Positions 1 to 11,014 of a stretch of DNA of 64,000 nucleotides are shown piece by piece. Within the stretch, counting starts at the first letter, position 1. Every line of letters begins with the position of its first letter. Under the pieces are notes generated by a model. That model was not told the origin of the DNA. It searched no databases and worked only from the letters and a program-made list of their open reading frames with translations. Source of the DNA: Diplonema japonicum. Taxonomy: Eukaryota > Protista > Euglenozoa: Diplonemea. The position numbers and the translations under genes were made by a program. The DNA is taken from contig OZ025685.1 of assembly GCA_964019335.1 (NCBI GenBank), forward strand, positions 124,001 to 188,000. Direction: 5' to 3'.

Positions 1-428
1 ATGGCCCGTGGTCCCAAGAAGCACATGAAGCGCCTTGCCGCTCCCAAGGTATTCCAAAAAAAAAAAAAAAATAAAAATAAAAATAAAAACTGTAAACAAA
101 CTCAAAACACAGCATTGGATGGTTGACAAGTTGTTGGGGGTGTTCGCACCTAAGTCCCGCCCCGGGGCGCACAAGGTAATGAATTAAAAAAAAAAAAGAA
201 AAAAAAAGAAGAAGAAAAAAATATATATAGGGCCGTGAGTCCCTTCCCCTGATCCTGATCCTCAGGAACAGGCTGAGGTTCGCCCTGACCAGGGGTGAGG
301 CGATGATGATCACGAAGCAGAGGCTTGTGGAGGTTGACAGGAGGGTGAAGGTGGACCCCAAGACCCCTGTTGGGTTCATGGACATCCTCACCATCCCCAA
401 GACCCAGGAGAACGTATGGATGAAAATT

Positions 429-459
<31 letters not shown>

Positions 460-986
460 ATAAACAGTTCCGTGTGTCCTACGACGTTAAGGGAAGGTTC
501 GTGCTGCAGAAGATCAGCGACGAAGACGCCCAGAGCAAGCTTCTGAAGGTTAAGAAGGTGTTCACTCAGAACGGGAACATCCCTGCCATTGCCACCCACG
601 ACGGCCGTACCCTGAGGTACGTTGACCCCCTTGTGAAGGTGGGTGACACCGTGACCCTTGACCTCACCACTGGGAGGGTGGTCGACTTCATCAAGTTCAA
701 GACTGGCGTCACCGTCATGGTCACTGGAGGAGCCAACACTGGCCGTGTTGGTAACGTTGTTGATGTGGAGAAGCACCCTGGGTCCTTCGACATCGTTCAC
801 GTAAAGGACTTCAACGGCAACACCTTCGCCACCCGTATTGCTAACATCTTCATCATCGGACGCGCGGATGCTGCTTCCATCGAGCTCCCCAAGGCCCGCG
901 GTGTGCGCGTGCCCCTCACCCAGGACAGGGAGCTGAAGATCGCCAGCCACGCCAAGTCCAAGTCCGGCAAGAGCAAGCGCAACTGA
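1..986 (+). CDS. RPS4: 40S ribosomal protein S4 (eS4); exons 1-48, 113-175, 231-413, 468-986
   Basis: Splicing three GT-AG introns (49-112, 176-230, 414-467) gives [37 protein letters not shown]...VTGGANTGRVG...RIANIFIIG, the eS4 signature. Confidence 0.97.
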
Positions 987-1242
987 GAATCGGACTGTTT
1001 CGTGAGCGAATTATAAAAAAAAAAAAGGGAGTTGAGGAAAGGTTGGACGATTTTTTTTTTTCTTTTCCATCCTTTTTTTTGCGTTTTCTTATTCATTTTT
1101 TTTATGTTCGTCAAAAAAAAAGTGGGGGGGGGAAAGATAATCAAATTTTTCTATTTTTTTTTCTTTTTATTTCCCCCCCAAACATTCCCCCCCCCCCCCC
1201 CCCCCTTCATTTCTTCAAAAAAAAACCCTTAACAGGTGACAC

Positions 1243-1878
1243 ATGGGGCGCCTAGCCCAACCCGCAAACCCCAAGGGGCTGTGTGTGTTCGACATTGATG
1301 CAACTCTGACTTCACACGCAAAGGCTGATGCAAAAACATGTGGGGTGGACAGAATGCCAGCGGGACCCGTATGCAAGTCATGCATTGGACAGAGCCCAGC
1401 ATGGAAGGCGGAACAAACAGGCACACGAGACAGCTTTCCTGCTGCATACGGCAAACAGGCAATAAAACAGTGCCTGAGCAGCGGGTACGCTGTGGGCCTC
1501 GCAACGGCTAGATCTTGTACAGGGGACACGCTGAAGGCACGATTACATTGGCTGGATCAGATGGGAATGCCGAAAGGTTCCGTGGTCACAGCGGCAGGAA
1601 CTCCTGGCCCTGCTGTGGGGTGCGCACCTCACTCAGCTCCTGCGAATAAGCTTCACAAGTCCGGCAGTATAAACCGACTTATGGCTCAATATCGTGTCAC
1701 CCCCAAGCGAACGGTCTTTTTTGATGATTCTTCTGCCGCGCTCAGTGCCGCCAAGCGTGCCATCCCAGGGCTGCACACGCAACAAGCGTCTTCAAATTGC
1801 AAAGGTGAATGGTGTGCCTCAGCTTGCGGGCTCACCAAAGCAGAATTCACAAAAGGGTTTCATAAAACAAAGCATTAG
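1243..1878 (+). CDS. Cys-rich HAD-superfamily hydrolase-like protein
   Basis: 211-aa ORF with motif I-like CVFDIDATL, motif II-like GLATAR and motif IV-like VFFDD; candidate AG acceptor at 1234-1235. Confidence 0.6.
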   Translation: MGRLAQPANPKGLCVFDIDATLTSHAKADAKTCGVDRMPAGPVCKSCIGQSPAWKAEQTGTRDSFPAAYGKQAIKQCLSSGYAVGLATARSCTGDTLKARLHWLDQMGMPKGSVVTAAGTPGPAVGCAPHSAPANKLHKSGSINRLMAQYRVTPKRTVFFDDSSAALSAAKRAIPGLHTQQASSNCKGEWCASACGLTKAEFTKGFHKTKH

Positions 1879-2308
1879 AAAAATAATAAGAAGAAAGAGG
1901 GAAAAAAAAAAGAAAAAAAAGAGAAAAAAAAAGTAAAAGAGGAAGGAGGAGGAGAATAGGGAAAGTAGAAGAAGAAGAAGAATAAAAAGCTCTCCGGAAA
2001 TTACACGTATCGGAGATTTCTCAATTCCCTCCTTCTTTTTTTTTCCCCCTCTTTTTTTCTTTTTCTTTTTCTTTTTTTTCCTTTTTTATAGATCTTGATT
2101 CTTAAACTTTCGTTAGTTACACGCACGTCATCGTGGTGGGGGGAATAGTTGGGGAATAGTTTTCCTTTTTTTTTTCTCTTTTTTTTTTCTTCTTTTTTTT
2201 CTGTTGAAGTACGTAAATCTCCGTTTTTTTTTATAAAAGAAAAAAAAAAAAAAAAGGTGGTTCAAAAAAAAAAAAAAAAAAAAAGAGGGAAAAAAAAAGA
2301 GGGGGGAT

Positions 2309-4044
2309 ATGAGTGACACAACGATGGAAGCCATCGCAAAGGTGCCGGCCGTTGCACCAGTACAGCCGATGCCTCCACAGCTGCCGATGACTGCTGGGCA
2401 GATTGCCTTTATGATGGCGTACCCTTGCGCGGTGATGTTGTGGCTGTACTCCGAGTACCTGAAGAGGATGGCGGCACAGAAGGACCCCGGGAGCGGACCT
2501 GATGACGAAATCCCCGACGCGGCAAAGGAGAAGCAAGAAGAGAAGGCAGTAAAGGAGGAGAAACCGGTCGTGAGCCTGTTCTCCATGCAGAACCCGGTTA
2601 CAGATCTCATGCTTTTGAAACCCGACGCACTTATCTCAAGCAACGGGAGTCTCGAGGCCATAGCCGAATTCGGAATGCATCTCCTTTTCTACTTCGTGTC
2701 TGACAGAACCGACTTGTTCCCCTCACCATCGACAAAACACTACAGCAGAGATGTATTTTGGTTCATTTACCTCCTTCTTGTTTTTTACAGTGTCGCGACA
2801 TCATTGGGGAAGACGGCAACGAACAACTACCTCAACCGTGACCAGACGGAGGAATGGAAAGGATGGATGCAGTGCTTGTTCTTGATGTACCACTACTTCG
2901 AAGCCTCTGAGCAGTACAACTCGATCAGAATTTACATCGCAGCTTACGTGTGGATGACAGGGTTCGGGAACTTTTCATTCTACTACGTCAGAAAGGACTT
3001 CTCTGCATCGAGGTTCTTCCAGATGCTTTGGAGGCTCAACTTCCTTGTATTCTGGGTGTGTGTTGTGATGGGCAACGATTATATGTTATACTACATCTGC
3101 CCCATGCACACAATCTGGACGATCGCTGTGTACATCGTACTTCTCGTTGGGAAGGATTACAACACGAACCAGTACGTCATCGCTGCTAAGGTTGTCGGGT
3201 CCATCGTTATTGTTGGTTTTATGTGGTCGTCTGTTGATGTTTTCTACACTATTTGGGGACCGACAACATCTTTCCTTGGTTATGTGAACCCCATGTATCC
3301 CAAAGGTAATGATAAGGTGGTGGGTGGGACGAATCCGTTGTACGAGTGGTGGTTCCGATCTGGGCTGGACAGATACGTCTGGGTTTTCGGGATGGTCTGC
3401 GCCAATCTTCACCCCAACACCGAAGGGTTGTTGAAGTACATGGATGGACTCCCGCTTGTTCCCAGATGGACTCTCCGCGGTCTTGTGCTTGCTGTGCTTG
3501 GTGGTCTAGGTTTGTGGTGGTATATAAACGTGTTCACCTTGGCCAAGACTGATTACAATCAGATGCACCCTTACACGTCATGGATCCCAATCTTTATTTT
3601 TATTATTCTTCGTAACTTGACGCCTACCCTTCGGGACTACTCCGTACACTTTTTCGCCTGGTTGGGGAAGATCACTCTCGAGACGTACATCGGTCAGTTC
3701 CACATCTGGCTGCATACTGGGATTGACAACGGCCAGCCGAAGACCTTGTTCACCATTGTGCCGGGATATCCTGTATGATTTGAGGGGGGGGGAGAATTTT
3801 TTTTTTAAATTTTTTTTTTCAGTTGGTCAACTTCCTTGTGTGCACGCCGGTTTACATCTGGGTCTCGTACAGACTTTTCCATCTTACCAATGTTTTGAAG
3901 AGCAACATATTGCCTTCTGGGGTATTGTTGGGGGGGGGAGGAAAAAAAAAAAAAAAAAAAAAAAAGGATGAGAGAACGTTGTACCGGAATTTGATGCTGG
4001 TACCGTGTGTCTGGATTCCGTTTTACATCGCTGGTATTTACTAA
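2309..4044 (+). CDS. RWA/Cas1-type polysaccharide O-acetyltransferase membrane protein; exons 2309-3772, 3823-3921, 3967-4044
   Basis: LNRDQTEEWKGWMQ, YVWMTGFGNF, YMLYYICPMH and LGKITLETYIGQFHIW are Cas1_AcylT motifs; introns 3773-3822 and 3922-3966. Confidence 0.9.
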
Positions 4045-4888
4045 AGTTTTTTTTTTTTTTTTAAAATAAACATAAAAAAATAAATTTATTAAAAAAAAAA
4101 AAAAAAAAAGGCCGTCTGATCAAAGAACTGTACTGATGAGGGGCGCTGGTGAATTTAAAAATTTTAAAAAAAAATGAATTTAGATCATACCTCATCCTCC
4201 CCCCCCTGTCTTTGAAGCCTGTGATGTGGTGCTGGGAGTGTGCAAAGTCTCGGTCGAATTAAAAAGGGGGAGAGGAAAAAAAACTTTAAAAAAAAAAGAA
4301 GGAAAAAACAAAAGAAACAAAAGATCCTAGATTTTCTATTGGTTTTTTTTTCATCTTTATTTTTATTATTTTTTTTTTTGTGGTTTTTTTTTTTCTTTCT
4401 CTCCCTTAACTTTACATCACTCCTCTCGCCTACCTCTCCCTTGGCAATTTCAGGTGTATCAAATAATGTAAGAGGGAAAAAAAAAAAAAAGAAAAAAAAA
4501 AAGGGGGAGTCGAAATATGTCCCAAGTTAGAGGGGAAAAGTTTTTATGGGGGGAGATCTTTTTGAAGAAAAGGAAAAAACGAAGAACAGAGAAGTATAGG
4601 GCGCCTACTGGTCCCTCCCCTCCGTTGACCCAACATTTATTTAGGGTTTTTTTTGCACCCCCCCCCCCTGCAATGCTTACTTTGTGGTGAATTTGGAACC
4701 AGCAATGTGAAAATCAATAAAGAACACTATTTATTTCTCCACTCCACCCCTTTTTTTTTTGTCGAAAGAAAAAAAAAAAAAAAAAAAAGAAGAAAAAGAG
4801 GAATTCGTCCCATTTTACTGTGAGCAAACATTTCAACAACAAGGGTTATATGCTTGAGCTGGAAGGTTTTATCAAGTGCCAAGCAAAG

Positions 4889-4931
<43 letters not shown>

Positions 4932-5427
4932 ACAAACCAAACAAACTCGAAATAAAGCTTTTCATCCAACTCGGTGATTCCCTTGCTGCATTTGTTACCC
5001 TTACAGCCTCTCTCCGTGCCTCGATAGAGGAATTCATGGTTTTTCTTTCCTTCCTTCTTCTTTCCGCTTAAAAAAAAAAAAAAAAAAAAAAAAAAGACAG
5101 GGGGGACGGAGAGATATTCATTTTTTTTATTCCCCCCCCTTTTTTTCCCCCAGCCCCTCGCCCCATTTTTTTTTGTTCTCTTTTTTCAGCCCTCGTTGGG
5201 CGTAATCAGGTCTTTCTTTTTCTTTTTCTTTTTTTTTTTTACCGGTAGGGACAACGGGGGAACTGAGAAGAAAAAAGTTTGCGATACAGGTGCTGATCGT
5301 TTTTTTTTTTTTTTTTTCCCCGTATTTATCAGCGGTATCTCACTCTTTTTTTATAACAACTCCAGAGTTTTTATCGGGGACTAATCACTGGTTTGCTGGC
5401 AGGCAAACAAGTGGAGCACCTCTAGTT

Positions 5428-5459
<32 letters not shown>

Positions 5460-6173
5460 CTCGCTTTTCATTCTTCTTTTTTTTTCTCCCCCCCCTTCCT
5501 ATTCATACCCCGAAGCAACGGAACTGTCCTCTAGAAAATGAAGAAAAAACTATTTTTTTTTCTCTTTCCTGCGTACGGGTCATTTGGGGTGATGACACCA
5601 TAAAGTGTAGAAGTAGACAAACCAGTTCTACAATAAAAATATAAACAAAAAAAGAAGAATGTGAGAAAAGGAGAAATATTACTGGATGTGTCTCGAGTAC
5701 TCCCCCCCCCCCCCCCCCCCCCCTTCCTCATTTCTGCTTCTTTTTTTTTTCGAAGCATGCTTTCTTCGTTGTTGCAGAGTTGTCTCTTAAGAAAAGATTT
5801 TTTCCTCCATCTTGTTTTTTTTGTTTTTATTTTTTTTTTATTCTCCCCTCACCACCGCCCTTCCCCCTCTTTCAACAAAATGGTGTTCCCCCCCCCCTCT
5901 TTTTTTTCCTCGACAAATAATTTTGCGATTTTCAAGCAAGGCAGTGATTTGCCCGTTTTTCTTGAGGAGTAGATCTGAGAGTTTCTCAAATCCGCTCACT
6001 CACTTATTTCCCCGAGGGGGGGGGTTACCGAAAGAGCTTTCCTCCCCGGTTTTACTCTGGTGATCAGGCTCGTTGTTTGACAACAGAAATTCCCCAAATG
6101 ATTTAAAAAAAAAAAGAAAGGGGGGTAAAAAAAAAATAGAGGGAAACATATAAAAAAAAAAAAAAAAAAGAAA

Positions 6174-7172
6174 ATGCCCCCAACACCGAAAGACGTCGAC
6201 GCAGCCCTGGGAAGAGTGAGCGCACACGTCAAGCACACCCCATTGTTGGAGAGCGAAGAAATAAACAAAATATGCAAATGCAGAGTGCTGCTCAAGGCGG
6301 AGTGTTTGCAGGAGCCGGGCTCCTTCAAAATCAGAGGCGCTGTCAACAGGATTCTACTGCTGAACGACACGGAAAGGGAAAAGGGCGTCGTAGCCTTCTC
6401 ATCAGGCAATTTCGGGAAGGGACTAGCATGCGCTGCCAAGAGGCTCCAGGTCCCATGCTCTGTTGTAGTCCCCGCCGACGCTCCGGAACGGAAAAAAAAC
6501 GGCATCAAAAATTTTGGTGCAACTGTTATCGAAAGCCCCATTCTTGAAGGTGAGAACCGCGAGGTGACAGCCGCACGGGTGGCCGATAATACCTCTCGTG
6601 AGCAGGGGATGACGCTGCTGCATCCTTTTGAGGACCACGATGTGATTGCAGGGCAGGGCACGGCTGGGTTGGAAATCATCTCGGACTTGAAAGCGAAGGG
6701 AGTTACCCCCACAGCCATTGTCATCCCTGCAGGGGGTGGTGGCTTGTCTGCTGGATGCAACCTGGCCTTCTCGCAGCACCTCCCCGACGTGACCACCTTC
6801 ATAGTCGAACCAGAGCACTACAATGACCATCAGAAATCGCTTCTTTCGGGCGAACGCGAGCGTGTCCCCCCTGGTGCTCCTTACACCGTCTGCGACGCCC
6901 TGCAAGCCGTCTCTCCTGGTGCAAACACCTTCCCCATTAACAAGGCCCGTGTCAAGGCAGGCCTTGCAGTCACCGACGAAGAGGTCACCGCTGCGCAAAA
7001 TCTTGCCGAAACGCATCTCGGTATCAGATTGGAACCCAGCGGGGCATGCTCCCTGGCGGCTGTCCTGGCGCGGGCACAGCCCCTCTCTCTCACCACAACT
7101 GACGTTGTCGTTGTGATAGGATCGGGCGGCGACCCGCTTCACGAACCCAAACCTGACGTAGTGTTCGCGTGA
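6174..7172 (+). CDS. PLP-dependent serine/threonine dehydratase-like enzyme (fold type II, no ACT domain)
   Basis: GSFKIRGA (PLP Lys), SSGN, HPFED..VIAGQGT.GLE, PAGGGGL and EPSGA motifs. Confidence 0.9.
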   Translation: MPPTPKDVDAALGRVSAHVKHTPLLESEEINKICKCRVLLKAECLQEPGSFKIRGAVNRILLLNDTEREKGVVAFSSGNFGKGLACAAKRLQVPCSVVVPADAPERKKNGIKNFGATVIESPILEGENREVTAARVADNTSREQGMTLLHPFEDHDVIAGQGTAGLEIISDLKAKGVTPTAIVIPAGGGGLSAGCNLAFSQHLPDVTTFIVEPEHYNDHQKSLLSGERERVPPGAPYTVCDALQAVSPGANTFPINKARVKAGLAVTDEEVTAAQNLAETHLGIRLEPSGACSLAAVLARAQPLSLTTTDVVVVIGSGGDPLHEPKPDVVFA

Positions 7173-7272
7173 TCTTGTAGTTGTTTTTATTTTATTAAGG
7201 GTGGTCCTCAAGTGGGATTCGCCCTTAAACATCGACTTTTATTTTTTTCCTCCCTTTATTGTGTTACAAAAA

Positions 7273-7955
7273 ATAGCTATTTACTGCCAACAAGTAATGA
7301 CTTTACCGTTACCTCGAGGTCGGTAAAGCATTACTTGGCGGTAGGTAAGTGGTTTTATTTCGCGACACTCTGAAATTACTTCACCACGAGGGGCACAACA
7401 GGGTGACAAGGGGTACAACAAGAGAGGGGTTACAAAGGTTACAATACAAGTTGTTTTTCCTCCTTTTGTTGACTAAGAGCTGCCGCTGTCGCTGGCATTG
7501 CCACTGTCACCATCTCTAATCAGGCCTTCCCATACCTAGCGCGGCCGCTGGCTCCTTTTTTTCTGCTGCTTCGGTATTTTGAAGTCTTTTGGGGAGCTTG
7601 GGTAAGCTGACTAAGTTACCCTTACCCACAGAAGAGTTACCCACAGAAACTGGGAACAAGGCCTAGCCAAAAGTGGGCAAATTGGGAGGAAAAAGTAGTC
7701 CAACTTGGAACTGAGCCGAGGCAAAAGTTGGCCAATTGAGCTGAACCTGGGGGGAAATAGCAAACTGAGAGGAAAAAGTAGCCCCACTGGGAACCGAACC
7801 GAGGCAAAAATTGGCCTACCGAGGCATATTATTTAACGGAAACCCCCTATTACTTCACGGAAAACAGGCCATTATTTCACCGTGAAGTAATGAGATTTAG
7901 CGTGAAGTAATGGGCCCCCCAGTGCGTGAAGTAATTTCTGAAGAGTGAAATAAAA
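7273..7955 (-). mobile_element. Crypton-like non-autonomous element, copy D
   Basis: ATAGCTATTTA end (7273-7283), hairpin ~7282-7343, inverted repeats 7366-7384 and 7926-7947 (TTCAGAAATT shared with copy E), GTGAAGTAAT iterons, TGTAACC repeats as in copies A/B. No recognisable coding remnant. Confidence 0.6.
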
Positions 7956-8009
7956 AAAAAAAAATAAATAAAAAAAAATAAAAAAGCACCAAAGGTACAC
8001 GTCGGCAGC

Positions 8010-10853
8010 ATGAGCAACCTCGTGCAGAAGGACATTGAGTATCTGCATTCCATAAGGGTATGGGAGGTCCTGGACGTGTGCACGCGAAGCATCCTCCAGA
8101 CCCGCCCGACCAGCGTGCAGGACGCGTGCTATGTTATACATGAAGAGTCGGCCAATTACTACTCTGACCTCTTCGAGGGCGAGGATGAAGAAGAAGAAGA
8201 GGAAGAATCAGAAGAGGTGGAAGTGGAGGAGGACGACGAGCTGCTGTGCGGACTGCAACGAGGTGCCGTGATCGGAGAGGGCTCATACGGGAAGGTGTAC
8301 AAGGCTCTAGACCACTCAGGTACGGTGTACGCTGTAAAGGTGATGAAGATGAAGGGCGCAGTGGAGGGCTTCTCAGACGAGTACGAGACTTTGAAACAGC
8401 TGACACACCGTAACGTAGTCCGCGTGCTAGACTTCAAGATGAGCACAGGGCGGGCCGAGATCGTCATGTCCTTCTGGACGCAAGGGTGCGTCGCACACCA
8501 GATCAAGGAATACGGCGCCCTCCCGCACTACACCGTTCGCAAGTACGCCATTCAAGTCCTCCAAGGCCTTGACTACCTACACTCTTGCAAGGTGCTCCAT
8601 AGGGACATCAAACCGCAGAACATGCTGGTCGATACAATAGGCTACGTTGCCCTCACGGACTTCGGCTTTGCCATCTGCGATTACAACCCTGACACGGAAT
8701 CTACCACAGGGACCATTGTCGGGACGCCTCCTTACCTATCACCGAGCATCGTCGCAAGCGGTACATACAGCATACAGTCCGACTTTTGGGCATTTGGATG
8801 CAGCATTCTGGAGATGGCGACTGCAAAGCAAGCATGGTCCTCAGCACCTTACGGCGAGCGGCACTCTGGACAATGGTGCGTCTCGGACTACATCAACACC
8901 ATCAGCGATTCCACTTCTAAGAAGAGAACGCCTTTAGATCACGCCGAACTCAAAGGCCTCTCGGACAGCTTCGTGCAGTTCATGCGTCTGTGTTTTGTAG
9001 CCGATGAGGAGAAACTCTCGCACATCCACCTACGGTCGCACCCCTTCATTGCAGGGAGTGTGACGCTGCACTTCTCAAGATGCGTCGAAGAGAAGGTGCC
9101 GATGTACAAGTACAACGAATCAGTAGCGTTGTCGGGGGAGGTGACGGTGTATCTGTCAGCGTACAGCTCCTTGAAAACGGAGCAAGAACGCGATGGCATC
9201 GTAAGCAACATCCTAGAGGGGGCACTGGCGCATGCCAGTCCCTTCTCGAGGCTCGACATTCGCCGCAAGGGTGAAGGCAGTGGGTACAACAACGCATCCC
9301 TTGACAGCAACAGGATGTACGCGCATCGCAAGAGGCCAGCGCACACGCTTTTGTCGCTGCTTGGCAGGACATTAAACAGGGTCATGATCGAACCAGGGCT
9401 CCCGCACATCGAGCTCACGTCGAGCCTTTTGAACACAGTTGCGGACACAGTGGAGATTAAGATATCTGCGGAGACTATTGATGCCACTTCGCTCATGGAA
9501 TTCGAGCAGGGGGTTTCACAGGACATGAACTTCGATGGCGACCCCTCCTCCGATGGGCCGTCAGCTGCTGATGTCTACGGCGACGGCGTGTTCCAAGTCA
9601 CTGTGGGGGAGTTGAAGAGGCTCGCACGGTCCACACAGATCAGTACCACAGCCACCATCCCCAAGACTTTCTTCTCTGGTCTTGTGGAGTTCACTAGCCA
9701 ACCTGCTCACCAGCTGTTTTGGTCCGCCCATCGTGCCACGCCCCTCATCAACATCGGGGACGCGGCAGAGGACAACGAACTCGGTGAGTTACTCGAAGCG
9801 GAGATCAGGCAAGCGAACGAGAAAATTGCTGAACTGCACGCCATGCCCGAAACCGCGAACACCAAATGGGAGCTGAAGAAATGGACGGACAGGAAGATGA
9901 AGTCGTTGTCGCATTTGGCCATAGTGACCTCCCCAGAGTCACCCCGTGGTGGAACGTTTAACAAGTTCAGAGGTCTAATTGAGAATTTTGCGGCATGGCG
10001 GCAGCATGTGTACCTTTTCCCGTACGACGCGGGCTTTAGCAGCGCCGCTGATGCGAAGGCAGCACTTGACCAGTCGCTCACGGAGCTGGGGACAGGTGTT
10101 TGCGTGTCGCAGCAGGGCTTCTTCCTTGTGGACGGGTGTGACGGGAACCACAACCAGCTCACGAAAAAAACCCCGCAACCGGTAACCTTTTTACTGGCAA
10201 CGGGGCTCGACTTCAGCAAGGCTAGCACCACGCAGCGCGAGGCTTCGAAGTATTTCAAAAGAAGACACACCTCCCATAACCCGTGGGAGTGGAAGAGTTT
10301 TCAGCCCGCAGCGACAAACCGCCTGAAGGAGCGGCTGAAGGGGTTATATAAAGTGATCTTCACGTGCGCAAAAGACAATGGAGTGCGGAACCTATCGATG
10401 CTGTCGATGGGGTTGGGGCTGTTCCTCTCGAACGTGCACGATGATGACAAGGAAGGGGTCCGTGAAGCGTATTTCAGGGCGCAGTTCGAGCTTCTCTGCG
10501 AGATCGACTGGGGGTTCACTGGATACTATCTAAACCCAGGCCCTGCAACGCAAAAGGAAACTGCCATCAAGATCCTAGAGGAGGTGCTGCTCGGAGGCGA
10601 TGGTCTAGACCGATCCTACTTATCATGTGATGTCATATTCCACAACTGTGATGCGAAGTTCCTCGCTGCCGAGCTCTCGAAACGGCGCATGAATGCTGCT
10701 ATGTTGTCGCCCTCCGACTGCGCCTCCGTCACTCTAGGCCAGATCGGCACCTTCTGGGAGACAGGCCGGGGCAACCTCTACAGCGGTGAGGAAGACTTTG
10801 TCTCCCACACAACAGGCGTCCTCGCCCGCGAGGGCATCTCCGACGTGTGGTAG
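8010..10853 (+). CDS. Ser/Thr protein kinase (STE/MAP3K-like) with RIIa/Dpy-30-like N-terminus and putative macro/PARG-like C-terminal domain
   Basis: GEGSYGKV, AVK, HRDIKPQN, DFG, SDFWAFGC; C-terminal AKDNGVRNLSMLSMGLGLF. Confidence 0.85.
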   Translation: MSNLVQKDIEYLHSIRVWEVLDVCTRSILQTRPTSVQDACYVIHEESANYYSDLFEGEDEEEEEEESEEVEVEEDDELLCGLQRGAVIGEGSYGKVYKALDHSGTVYAVKVMKMKGAVEGFSDEYETLKQLTHRNVVRVLDFKMSTGRAEIVMSFWTQGCVAHQIKEYGALPHYTVRKYAIQVLQGLDYLHSCKVLHRDIKPQNMLVDTIGYVALTDFGFAICDYNPDTESTTGTIVGTPPYLSPSIVASGTYSIQSDFWAFGCSILEMATAKQAWSSAPYGERHSGQWCVSDYINTISDSTSKKRTPLDHAELKGLSDSFVQFMRLCFVADEEKLSHIHLRSHPFIAGSVTLHFSRCVEEKVPMYKYNESVALSGEVTVYLSAYSSLKTEQERDGIVSNILEGALAHASPFSRLDIRRKGEGSGYNNASLDSNRMYAHRKRPAHTLLSLLGRTLNRVMIEPGLPHIELTSSLLNTVADTVEIKISAETIDATSLMEFEQGVSQDMNFDGDPSSDGPSAADVYGDGVFQVTVGELKRLARSTQISTTATIPKTFFSGLVEFTSQPAHQLFWSAHRATPLINIGDAAEDNELGELLEAEIRQANEKIAELHAMPETANTKWELKKWTDRKMKSLSHLAIVTSPESPRGGTFNKFRGLIENFAAWRQHVYLFPYDAGFSSAADAKAALDQSLTELGTGVCVSQQGFFLVDGCDGNHNQLTKKTPQPVTFLLATGLDFSKASTTQREASKYFKRRHTSHNPWEWKSFQPAATNRLKERLKGLYKVIFTCAKDNGVRNLSMLSMGLGLFLSNVHDDDKEGVREAYFRAQFELLCEIDWGFTGYYLNPGPATQKETAIKILEEVLLGGDGLDRSYLSCDVIFHNCDAKFLAAELSKRRMNAAMLSPSDCASVTLGQIGTFWETGRGNLYSGEEDFVSHTTGVLAREGISDVW

Positions 10854-11014
10854 GCCGTGTGGTCCTCTTATTTCTATGAGAGGGAACAACCACCCTCTTT
10901 AAAATCCTTAAGTTTAAATTATTGAGTGGGCCCCATTTCTTTCCGCTTCGCTCTCTTAATTAACCCCACAGGTGATTATTACTTTTGCACAACAACAACA
11001 ACAACAACAACAAC

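Noticed and set aside
150-950. Long minus-strand ORFs opposite genes (also 5996-6802, 11036-11827, 61850-62575, 62883-63671)
   Set aside because: Antisense shadows of well-supported + strand CDSs; no motifs of their own.
1243-1878. HAD protein as the PhnX partner of PbfA
   Set aside because: Lacks the phosphonatase DWAGT motif and cap domain; 58 kb away.
3773-3778. TGA read-through or alternative genetic code at ORF breaks (also 39073, 62555)
   Set aside because: Each TGA lies inside a GTATGA splice donor; TAA, TAG and TGA all terminate genes normally here.
4133-4200. CTGATGAG resembling a hammerhead core or C box
   Set aside because: No stem II followed by GAAA and no convincing D box with terminal stem.
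4240-6063. Many short poly-Phe/poly-Lys/poly-Pro ORFs in spacers
   Set aside because: Translations of homopolymer tracts, whose lengths may also be sequencing-error prone.
7650-7820. Short spaced repeats suggesting a CRISPR-like array (also 44064-44230)
   Set aside because: Imperfect internal or subterminal transposon repeats without unique regular spacers; eukaryotic context, no cas genes.
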